Assembly (NCBI GenBank): GCA_964016885.1
Contig: OZ024743.1
Location: 90,582,001 to 90,646,000 of the forward strand
DNA: 64,000 bases
Direction: 5' to 3'
Source: Eledone cirrhosa
Taxonomy: Eukaryota
Shown piece by piece: positions 50,122-61,802 of this stretch. Made by a program: the position numbers and the translations under genes. The notes under the pieces are model-generated. The model had not been told where the DNA came from. It made no database searches and saw nothing but the letters and a program-made list of their open reading frames with translations. How positions within the stretch are numbered: the stretch's first letter is position 1; every line of letters begins with the position of its first letter.

Positions 50122-50369
50122 TCATTTCCTTTTATTACCAAACTTGGATTTTGACTTTGATGAAAATTTTCGACCTTTTGAATTCTTTGATACAATTTTC
50201 TTGTTTTTTGGAGGAAAACTTCCCTTCCTTTTCTTTTCTTTTGATAAAGTTAATTTTTTATTTTTCTTAGAGTCAGATTTCTTTGACATTGGACTAAAAT
50301 CTTTCTTAAATTTCTTGTAACTTTTTGTAACTGTATTAGAATCTCTTTTCCTCTTTTTTGAAAACAATT
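50122..50369 (-). CDS. PPAN: PPAN terminal exon
   Basis: ELFSKKRKRDSNT...KSKFGNKRK*; lysine-rich nucleolar-type tail; phase-1 acceptor tttcag. Confidence 0.88.
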
Positions 50370-53300
50370 CTGAAAAATATGAATAAAGTTATTTAGCATT
50401 ATTTTCTAACAAGGTGCATGTATAGACATAGAATAATGTAGAAATGTCAGGAAAGTGAACAGTCTATGAGACATGATACACACACACACACGTGTGCATT
50501 GGCGGTGGATTAGCAGTATTGATAGAGGGTCAGAGACCTTGCTTTGACGCATATAGTTACGGCCCTTGCCATTCTGAGTTCAAATCCTGCCGAGGTTAAC
50601 TTTGCCTTTCATCCTTACGGGGTCGATAAAATAAAGTACCAGTAATGCACTGTGTAATTGCTGGCCTTGTGTCAAAAGTAGAAACAATTATTTTCTAAAA
50701 CAGAAATACTAGACAAATAATTTACATGGCTGTGATTAACAATGGATCTTAAGTCAACATCAAGTAAGGAATCATGACCCACCCCCACACACTCCCAAAA
50801 AACCCACAAAGGAGGTTGTCATGTTTTTGACACAACTGAAGAGTTCTCTTCACTCTTTGTTTGCTAAGTTTTTTACACCTAGATGCCCTTCACATCTACA
50901 ACCTTTTTACTACAGAGTGTACTGTGTGTATTTGTGTCACCACCACGAGAGAGATTGCTATCGGCCCTTGACACAAATGAAGAGTCCTCTCAACCATTTG
51001 ATATGGTTTCTATAGCTAGATACCCTTCCTAGAAATAACCACTTTACAGAATGTACTAGGTGTGTTTTATCATGTCGCCGACACAAGAGAGATTGTTTTT
51101 GGCCCTTGACGCAAATGAAAAGTCCTCTCAAGTCTTTGTTTGACATGGTTTCTATAGTTGGATGTCCTCTCTATCACCAAACATTTACAGAGCGTACTAG
51201 ATGCATTTTATTGTGTCATCAACATTAGAGAGGTTGTAATGACCTTGACACAACTGAAGAGTTCTCTCTGTAATCCCCCTCTCCACTAACAAGTATTTTA
51301 AACAGAGACAATACCTGGTTCTGGCTCAGCCTGCACTTCTTGTCGATAGTATTCAATATCATCCTCCACATTTTCATCGAGGTCATTTTCAAGACCATCT
51401 TCATTAGCTAAAAAACCAGAAAACACAAATTGAAGAATTAGGAGAGATTTACTACAGTTATTATAATTCATTAAGATGGTATTTGTAATATAACAGAAGT
51501 AAAATTATATTGGAAGGTTTTAATTTGAATAGAAACCCATAGCAAGCTGGTTTCAAGAGTTAACATATGGTTCTTATATAAAATTATATTGGAAGATTTT
51601 AATTTAAATAAGAATCTATTAAAATGAGTGGTTTTATTTCACGTTTGAGCCAGGCTGGTATCAAAAAGGTTCTTCTTCTTCACCCACTTATTCCTGACAG
51701 GGCGTTGGGAAAGAGTCCTCAAATACTCCTTCGAGCAAGTTTTGTTAAAAACAACTATTCCCAACTGATCCGGCTAGATGGGCTCTATCGAGTTCAAAAT
51801 GCCTAAGAAATGCTGTATGTCACTACAGTGCCACTATGGCTCCACCAGGAGTTAAGGGGTCTACACACACATATTTAAACAGTAAACATTTACCTTCAGC
51901 ATTTTCATTTTTCAGCTGATTTGCTTTTCCCATTCCTTTTAATGATTTCTTCTTATGTTCCTCCTTTACAGAAGCTTTCCTCATCACATTTTCTTGTTGT
52001 TGTTTCTTACGCAATTCTTTCAATTTACTGAAACAAAGAAGACAAATCTCATGACAAACCAAAACAACAATTATTTATAGTTTAGGAAATATTCACATCT
52101 AAAGGGATGGTTTCTAGACACTACACTAGTTAAAATGTCAAACAAATTTATAAGGTGTTGCTCTCAAACTGGTATTTCCTCTATATTTCTATCTCTGTAA
52201 GAAATAAGCTCTGTTCAGATCTGGAGAAGGGATGGTCTCCACCAGGTTTAAAAGCCAAAGATGACACCAACCCCAACAACTCCATCAGGAATTAAAAGCC
52301 AATGGATGGACAAAAAAGATATCATGGTCCTGTTGTAGTTATACAAGGGTTTAACTAAAGTTAATTTCAGTGAATATCAACCTTTTCCTTATTTCTAAAA
52401 TAATTGTGAATTTAGATTGGGTTTATAGAACTATAGTTTGTTTATTTATTTAACGAGTCCCCTCTACCCTTTGTTTTGCAAGTTTATTATAACTTGTTGT
52501 TTTCTTGATGCCAACCAGTTTACAGAGTGTACTAGGTGCATATTACCATGGCACTAGATTAAATAATGAATGTGGACAAACCGTTTAGCTTCTCTCCTTT
52601 CTTCTGTAGCTTTTAATTCTTCAGGTGTTTTACTCTTAAAATTATGAAAGAGTACATTGCCATCACAAAAACCCTCTTCAATTTTTTCTAACTTGAGTGT
52701 CATTCTTGGCCCTAATTCTGTTAATCTGGAGAAAAAGAAAACAGTTACTATAAGCAACAGAATGTAATAATCGCTGATGATGGGTTTCGTAAATAACAAT
52801 AGTCTAAGGATGAACAGCAGAGATCACAAAACCTCATATTATCTAGATGCCCTTGTCAACTTTGTCTTTCAGCCTTTCAGGGCTGATAAAGGACTAGACC
52901 AGGACAATGAATTAACAGAAATCTAACTCTTTTGACACCAACTGGCTGAGAACTGCCTCCGTTTCAATGAAATTAAACCCATTTTAAAGGGTTCCCACTT
53001 AAATTAAAACCTTCCAACACAATTCTATAAAATACATATATTGTTATGTTAAAAATACCATGTTAATGAAGTTTTAATTTTAGTAAGTCTTCCCCAAATT
53101 CTTCATTCATTACTCTGCCTTTCTTTCACATTTACATTGCACAACCAACGGAGCACGGTTACTTCATTTCTCTCCATTGTACGCGTGTCTTCTGCAGTCA
53201 CTGCCCATGCTCCACTAACATGCAGCATAACACTTTGCACACAGGCATCTTACAGTTGTACTTTTGTATGGAGAGAGAGGGAGAGAGAGAAACCTTTTGT

Positions 53301-56300
53301 GGTCAACAGTGGGAGTAGCTCTCTAAACTTCTTCCATCCTATCCTTATTCTAGCTTTTATGCTGTTAGAACACTCTCCTCCATTGTTAATTACATCGCCC
53401 AGATAGCAGAAGCTATCAACCACTACAAAGTTTTAATATTAGCTTACCTGATGGCACTTTTTTTAGTAGCTTTATTTCCAACACCAGACATATTTTGAGG
53501 CAGTATAACCTCATTATGAGGACCATCAAATTCACCTTCACTTTCTGACAGGTTTCCACCACTAGAAATATACATTATAAATGTTTGAATATTTAAAAGA
53601 CATTTAAACTTCTATTTATTTATTGTTAAACTTAGTGTAACAAGGTGGCAGATTAACAGTTGATCAACAGATGTGGTGACAGATGAACAGTCCAAAGTTT
53701 ATATTGCAATTTAATAATGACAAAAAAAAACCAAAACAATAAAGTAAACCAAATAAAGAGGAATACGAATCTGTGATACACACCTATATTACAGTTGTGT
53801 CATTACATACAAACCTATATTACAGTTGTGTCATTACATACAGACCTATATTACAGTTCTGTCATTACATACAGACCTATATTACAGTTGTCATTACATA
53901 CACCTATATTACAGTTGTGTCATTACATACACCTATATTACAGTTGTGTCATTACATACACCTATATTACAGTTGTTATTACATACAGACCTATATTACA
54001 GTTGTGTCATTACATACAGACCTATATTACAGTTGTGTCATTACATACACCTATATTACAGTTATGTCATTACATACAGACCTATATTACAGCTCTGTCA
54101 TTACATACAGACCTATATTACAGTTGTGTCATTACATACACCTATATTACAGTTGTGTCATTACATACAGACCTATATTACAGTTCTGTCATTACATACA
54201 GACCTATATTACAGTTGTGTCATTACATTCAGACCTATATTACAGTTGTGTCATTACATACACCTATATTACAGTTGTGTCATTACATACTCCTATATTA
54301 CAGTTGTGTCATTACATACACCTATATTACAGTTGTGTCATTACATACACCTATATTACAGTTGTGTTATTACAGACAGACCTATATTACAGTTGTGTCA
54401 TTACATACAAACCTATATTACAGTTGTGTCATTACATACACACCTATATTACAGTTGTGTCATTACATTCAGACCTATATTACAGTTGTGTCATTACATA
54501 CAGACCTATATTACAGTTGTGTCATTACATACAAACCTATATTACAGTTGTGTCATTACACACACCTATATTACAGCTGTCATTACATACAGACCTATAT
54601 TACAGTTGTGTCATTACATACACCTATATTACAGTTATGTCACTACATACACCTATATTACAGTTGTGTCATTACATACAGACCTATATTACAGTTGTGT
54701 CATTACATACAGACCTATATTACAGTTGTGTCATTACATACAGACCTATATTACAGTTGTGTCATTACATACAGACCTATATTACAGTTGTGTCATTACA
54801 TACAAACCTATATTACAGTTGTGTCATTACATACACCTATATTACAGTTATGTCATTACATACACCTATATTACAGTTGTGTCATTACATACACCTATAT
54901 TACAGTTGTGTCATTACATACACCTATATTACAGTTATGTCATTACATACACCTATATTACAGTTATGTCATTACATACACCTATATTACAGTTGTGTCA
55001 TTACATACACCTATATTACAGTTGTGTCATTACATACAGACCTATATTACAGTTGTGTCATTACATACACCTATATTACAGTTGTGTCATTACATACAGA
55101 CCTATATTACAGTTCTGTCATTACATACAGACCTATATTACAGTTGTGTCATTACATACACCTATATTACAGTTATGTCATTACATACAGACCTATATTA
55201 CAGTTGTGTATTACATACAGACCTATATTACAGTTCTGTCATTACATACAGACCTATATTACAGCTCTGTCATTACATACAGACCTATATTACAGTTGTG
55301 TCATTACATACAGACCTATATTACAGTTGTGTCATTACATACACCTATATTACAGTTATGTCATTACATACAGACCTATATTACAGCTCTGTCATTACAT
55401 ACAGACCTATATTACAGTTGTGTCATTACATACACCTATATTACAGTTGTGTCATTACATACAGACCTATATTACAGTTCTGTCATTACATACAGACCTA
55501 TATTACAGTTGTGTCATTACATTCAGACCTATATTACAGTTGTGTCATTACATACACCTATATTACAGTTGTGTCATTACATACTCCTATATTACAGTTG
55601 TGTCATTACATACACCTATATTACAGTTGTGTCATTACATACACCTATATTACAGTTGTGTTATTACAGACAGACCTATATTACAGTTGTGTCATTACAT
55701 ACAAACCTATATTACAGTTGTGTCATTACATACACACCTATATTACAGTTGTGTCATTACATTCAGACCTATATTACAGTTGTGTCATTACATACAGACC
55801 TATATTACAGTTGTATCATTACATACAAACCTATATTACAGTTGTGTCATTACACACACCTATATTACAGCTGTCATTACATACAGACCTATATTACAGT
55901 TGTGTCATTACATACACCTATATTACAGTTATGTCACTACATACACCTATATTACAGTTGTGTCATTACATACAGACCTATATTACAGTTGTGTCATTAC
56001 ATACAGACCTATATTACAGTTGTGTCATTACATACAGACCTATATTACAGTTGTGTCATTACATACAGACCTATATTACAGTTGTGTCATTACATACAAA
56101 CCTATATTACAGTTGTGTCATTACATACACCTATATTACAGTTATGTCATTACATACACCTATATTACAGTTGTGTCATTACATACACCTATATTACAGT
56201 TGTGTCATTACATACACCTATATTACAGTTATGTCATTACATACACCTATATTACAGTTATGTCATTACATACACCTATATTACAGTTGTGTCATTACAT

Positions 56301-59300
56301 ACACCTATATTACATTTGTGTCATTACATACAGACCTATATTACAGTTGTGTCATTACATACACCTATATTACAGTTGTGTCATTACATACAGACCTATA
56401 TTACAGTTCTGTCATTACATACAGACCTATATTACAGTTGTGTCATTACATACACCTATATTACAGTTATGTCATTACATACAGACCTATATTACAGTTG
56501 TGTATTACATACAGACCTATATTACAGTTCTGTCATTACATACAGACCTATATTACAGCTCTGTCATTACATACAGACCTATATTACAGTTGTGTCATTA
56601 CATACAGACCTATATTACAGTTCTGTCATTACACACAAACCTATATTACAGTTGTGTCATTACATACACCTATATTACAGTTGTGTCATTACATACAGAC
56701 CTATATTACAGTTGTCATTACATACACATATATTACAGTTGTGTCATTACATACACCTATATTACAGTTGTGTCATTACATACAGACCTATATTACAGTT
56801 GTGTCATTACATACAGACCTATATTACAGTTGTGTCATTACATACAGACCTATATTACAGTTGTGTCATTACATACAGACCTATATTACAGTTGTGTCAT
56901 TACATACAGACCTATATTACAGTTGTGTCATTACATACAGACCTATATTACAGTTGTCATTACATACAGACCTATATTACAGTTGTGTCATTACATACAC
57001 CTATATTACAGTTGTGTCATTACATACAGACCTATATTACAATTGTGTCATTACATACACCTATATTACAGTTGTGTCATTACATACAGACCTATATTAC
57101 AGTTGTGTCATTACATACACCTATATTACAGTTGTGTCATTACATACAGACCTATATTACAGTTGTGTCATTACATACAGACCTATATTACAGTTGTGTC
57201 ATTACATACAGACCTATATTACAGCTCTGTCATTACATACAGACCTATATTACAATTGTGTCATTACATACACCTATATTACAGTTATGTCATTACATAC
57301 ACCTATATTACAGTTGTGTCATTACATACAGACCTATATTACAGTTGTGTCATTACACATACCTATATTACAGTTGTGTCATTACATACACCTATATTAC
57401 AGTTGTGTCATTACATACAGACCTATATTACAGTTGTGTCATTACATACAGACCTATATTACAGTTGTGTCATTACACATACCTATATTACAGTTGTGTT
57501 ATTACATACACCTATATTACAGTTGTGTCATTACATACAGACCTATATTACAGTTGTGTCATTACATACACCTATATTACAGTTGTGTCATTACATACAG
57601 ACCTATATTACAGTTGTGTCATTACATACAGACCTATATTACAGTTGTGTCATTACATACACACCTATAGTACAGTTGTGTCATTACATACACCTATATA
57701 ACAGTTGCGTCATTACATACAGACCTATATTACAGTTCTGTCATTACCTACAGACCTATATTACAGTTGTGTCATTACATACACCTATATTACAGTTGTG
57801 TCATTACACACAGACCTATATTACAGTTGTGTCATTACATACATACCTATATTACAGTTGTGTCATTACATACACCTATATAACAGTTGCGTCATAACAT
57901 ACAGACCTATATTACAGTTCTGTCATTACCTACAGACCTATATTACAGTTGTGTCATTACATACACCTATATTACAGTTGTGTCATTACATACACCTATA
58001 TTACAGTTGTGTCATTACATACAGACCTATATTACAGTTGTGTCATTACATACAGACCTATATTACAGTTGTGTCATTACATACAGACCTATATTACAGC
58101 TCTGTCATTACATACAGACCTATATTACAATTGTGTCATTACATACACCTATATTACAGTTATGTCATTACATACACCTATATTACAGTTGTGTCATTAC
58201 ATACAGACCTATATTACAGTTGTGTCATTACACATACCTATATTACAGTTGTGTCATTACATACACCTATATTACAGTTGTGTCATTACATACAGACCTA
58301 TATTACAGTTGTGTCATTACATACAGACCTATATTACAGTTGTGTCATTACACATACCTATATTACAGTTGTGTTATTACATACACCTATATTACAGTTG
58401 TGTCATTACATACAGACCTATATTACAGTTGTGTCATTACATACACCTATATTACAGTTGTGTCATTACATACAGACCTATATTACAGTTGTGTCATTAC
58501 ATACAGACCTATATTACAGTTGTGTCATTACATACACACCTATAGTACAGTTGTGTCATTACATACACCTATATAACAGTTGCGTCATTACATACAGACC
58601 TATATTACAGTTCTGTCATTACCTACAGACCTATATTACAGTTGTGTCATTACATACACCTATATTACAGTTGTGTCATTACACACAGACCTATATTACA
58701 GTTGTGTCATTACATACATACCTATATTACAGTTGTGTCATTACATACACCTATATAACAGTTGCGTCATAACATACAGACCTATATTACAGTTCTGTCA
58801 TTACCTACAGACCTATATTACAGTTGTGTCATTACATACACCTATATTACAGTTGTGTCATTACACACAGACCTATATTACAGTTGTCATTACACACACC
58901 TATATTACAGTTGTATCATTACATACACCTATATTACAGTTGTATCATTACATAGACCTATATTACAGTTGTGTCATTACATACAGACCTATATTACAGT
59001 TGTGTCATTACATACAGACCTATATTACAGTTGTGTCATTACATACAGACCTATATTACAGTTGTGTCATTACATACACCTATATAACAGTTGTGTCATT
59101 ACATACAGACCTATATTACAGTTGTGTCATTACATACAGACCTATATTACAGTTGTGTCATTACATACACCTATATTACAGTTGTGTCATTACATACAGA
59201 CCTATATTACAGTTGTGTCATTACATACAGACCTATATTACAGTTGTGTCATTACATACACCTATATTACAGTTATGTCATTACACACAGACCTATATTA

Positions 59301-61662
59301 CAGTTGTGTCATTACATACACCTATATTACAGTTGTGTCATTACATACAGACCAACCACAATAACTATTAAAACTACATACTTCTCAATATAATCACTGA
59401 TGTCCTTATAATTTCCGAGTTTTGGGACCTTCTTCCTTTTGATAATTTTCCTGACAGCAGGGCTGAGACCTGTAGGAAATACCCTAATATTGCTGAAAAG
59501 AAAGAGACAAGAAAAGACCTTAGTTAGAATAAATAAATAAAAATTAGAATTAATGCAAAACATTCAAGTAATTGTCTTAACAGAATATAATTCAGTTACA
59601 TAGCAAAGCTATCTTCACAGCAGATAATGGCTACTTCACAAGCCAAAGTGATGGTTCTGTGTTTAACTTATAACATAACTATCACTTTGGCTTGTGAAGT
59701 AGTTTTATTGGAGTGAGAAAAATAGAGAGAAAAAATAAGTTTCAAAGGTATTTACTTACTAATGTCGGAATTGGATTAATTTGGTCTCAGGATCATAACA
59801 TAACAACACACAGCGTCGGATTCTCTTTAGTTGCACCTGAAGGGAATTTAAAGAAAATTTATTCACCAAAATATATTTAATGTAAAACAATTATTAACCA
59901 ATATATGGAAGACACTTCCTATAATTTTCAAATCTATTTGAAAATAATCAAGAATTTAGATTGATTTTGTAATATAACTAATGTTCTCATTATTAAGTTG
60001 GTGATTGGAAAATAACTTAAAGGTTCTTACATAAAATAAATACTTTAAAAAATCCACCTCTGGTTCTATGAAACAAAACTGCCCATTTTAACGGATTCTT
60101 ACTTTGAAATATACAGTTTGTATCATAGAACCAGGGCCAAAATTCAGGTGGTTTGGTATCAAAACAGTGTATCTCCATACACATAATCAATTTTTCTAAA
60201 AACCATGTCTTCCAAAACACCCACTGGAATATGAATCAATGCAGGTTTTTAACTCTTATCCTGTAATAATTAAGCAGAAAATATCTAAAAATGCATTTGT
60301 TAATATAAATGTTTATAGTATCTTTACTAGCAGACAAATCCTTGTGAAAATTTGCAGTATTAGAACATAAATTACATTAATGGAAGATTTTTAGGTAAAA
60401 ATATACACTTTAAAAAACCGACTGGTTCTATCAAACTGAACCACGCAATTTAAAGGATTTTTAATTAATCCAAAATTTTCAAAAATAATCTGACACAAGA
60501 ATCTTTTGTTAAATTACATTACAAGTACCATCTTAATAATGATTTCTACTATAGGCACAAGGCCAGCAATTTGAAGAGAGGGGAAAGTTGATTAAATTGA
60601 CTGCAGTGCATTACTGGTACTTTATTTTATCGAACCCTAAGGATGAAAAGCAAAGCTAACCTCAATGGGATTTGAACTCAGAACATAAAGGACCGTAACT
60701 ATGCCACAAAGCATTTTGTCCAACGCTCTAACGATACTGCCAATCCACCGCCCTTACCTTATTATGAAATCATTACTGTCTAACATCTATTTTCTATACT
60801 TGCATGAGTTAGAGGGGCTGCTGCGTTATGAGTAGACAAATCAGGTGACCATGTTCTGCCCACACTTTATTTTTGATTTGGTTTTCTATGCTTGAAAGCC
60901 CCTCCTAACGCCAACAACCTTACAGGGTGAACTGGGTGCTTTTTGTTGTGGCATGATTTTAGTTAATTCCTCCAAATTCTTCATTAATCTATATATAAAT
61001 TTGAGTGACTTCTCTCCGTCACACAATGTGTATGTGTGTGTAAAAGGAAGGAAGGAAGGGGGTGGTGGAAAAACTACAGCAACTGGCATTCCATTTGCTA
61101 CGCTGTGTGTGTGAATGAATGTGTAAATATATGTCTGTGAGTGTGTATTTTTGTAAGTGTGTCTGTGTTTGCGCATTTATATTTATATATTCATACATAT
61201 AAATGTACGCATATGCACATGAACACACATACACATACGTCTCAGCCTGTTCTAAAAATTCCAGTTAATTCAAATTCAATGTATTTCATTATAAATTTGG
61301 TAATGAAAGGTTGAAATAAGAAAATACATTTAACTTACTTGGTTGACATTGATGGAAGGAAAAAGATTCTGAAACATCGTAGCAACTAGTTTCATGCTTA
61401 TTGTTTTTACATTTAGGTTCTTCATCACTAACAATGGTTGGTGTTCAAACTGCCTAGCATGATGGTTGACAGACTTCAAGGCAGATGTGACATCTTTTGT
61501 TAAAGTGTATTCACAGACTTTAAAATATAAAGTTGGACCTTGTGGTTGTCGTATGATACGTAGATTCAAAAAGTTATCTGTTCTTGTGAAGGATAATATT
61601 TGTGTTACATTAAAATATCCTGCAATTGTAGTGAAATCCTTCATTTTGTTCCATTTTTTTAC
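50122..61662 (-). CDS. PPAN: Peter Pan / suppressor of SWI4 1 homolog (Brix-domain 60S biogenesis factor), 5'-partial (join 61662-61339, 59836-59760, 59492-59382, 53561-53448, 52725-52582, 52027-51894, 51407-51315, 50369-50122)
   Basis: In-phase GT-AG join of 1245 nt with Ssf1/PPAN motifs PQGPTLYFKV, ATMFQNLFPSINV, IRRCVL..YDPET..IQFRHY, LSESEGE, KSAIRLTELGPRMTLKLEKIEEGFCDGNVLFH, DDIEYYRQEV..EPE and a K/S-rich tail. The start exon(s) lie beyond 64000. Confidence 0.95.
50501..50692 (+). mobile_element. SINE family A
   Basis: Full-length copy; others at about 45052-45192 (+), 47775-47960 (-), 48430-48590 (-) and 60542-60752 (-). Confidence 0.85.
50826..51268. repeat. Degenerate tandem triplication of a retroposon-tail fragment of about 140 bp
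   Basis: ttgacacaa.tgaagagt.ctctc recurs at about 50827, 50968, 51106 and 51245. Confidence 0.7.
51315..51407 (-). CDS. PPAN: PPAN exon
   Basis: NEDGLENDLDENVEDDIEYYRQEVQAEPEP. Confidence 0.92.
51894..52027 (-). CDS. PPAN: PPAN exon
   Basis: KLKELRKKQQQENVMRKASVKEEHKKKSLKGMGKANQLKNENAE. Confidence 0.92.
52582..52725 (-). CDS. PPAN: PPAN exon
   Basis: LTELGPRMTLKLEKIEEGFCDGNVLFHNFKSKTPEELKATEERREAK; contains the Brix sigma70-like motif ELGPRMTL. Confidence 0.95.
53448..53561 (-). CDS. PPAN: PPAN exon
   Basis: GGNLSESEGEFDGPHNEVILPQNMSGVGNKATKKSAI(R); ttctag / gtaagc. Confidence 0.94.
53772..59353. repeat. 29/31-bp minisatellite, roughly 185 copies, PPAN intron
   Basis: Unit CCTATATTACAGTTGTGTCATTACATACA(+GA). 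Confidence 0.98.
59382..59492 (-). CDS. PPAN: PPAN exon
   Basis: NIRVFPTGLSPAVRKIIKRKKVPKLGNYKDISDYIE; tttcag / gtatgt. Confidence 0.93.
59631..59702. repeat. 72-bp inverted repeat in a short PPAN intron
   Basis: CTACTTCACAAGCCAAAGTGATGGTT ...20 nt... AACTATCACTTTGGCTTGTGAAGTAG (25/26 complementary). Confidence 0.9.
59760..59836 (-). CDS. PPAN: PPAN exon
   Basis: VQLKRIRRCVLLCYDPETKLIQFRH(Y); cttcag / gtaagt. Confidence 0.94.
61339..61662 (-). CDS. PPAN: PPAN exon (first in window)
   Basis: VKKWNKMKDFTTIAGYFNVTQILSFTRT...PQGPTLYFKVCEYTLTKDV...MKLVATMFQNLFPSINVNQ. Confidence 0.95.
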
Positions 61663-61802
61663 CTAAGAAATAGAACAATGGACAACTAAATGACATGAAC
61701 ATTCAATGAAGAGACAAAGTAATTTGTGTTGTGAAAAAAAGAAAAAGAAAAGAAAAAAAGATTCAAATTTATCTTTACTCAATTTATCTATATATAAAAT
61801 GA

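Noticed and set aside
53773-59393. ORFs of up to 1374 aa in three plus-strand frames
   Set aside because: They are translations of a 29/31-bp tandem repeat lacking stop codons, open in all frames and antisense within a PPAN intron; no protein features.
1276-60752. SINE heads as tRNA genes
   Set aside because: They have A/B boxes but no complete cloverleaf and continue into a shared SINE body in about 20 copies.
50370-61338. Intronic C/D snoRNA in PPAN (human PPAN hosts SNORD105)
   Set aside because: By eye I found no sense-strand RTGATGA...CTGA pair with terminal stem; the TGATGA at about 52775 is on the wrong strand. An Infernal search would be needed to exclude it.
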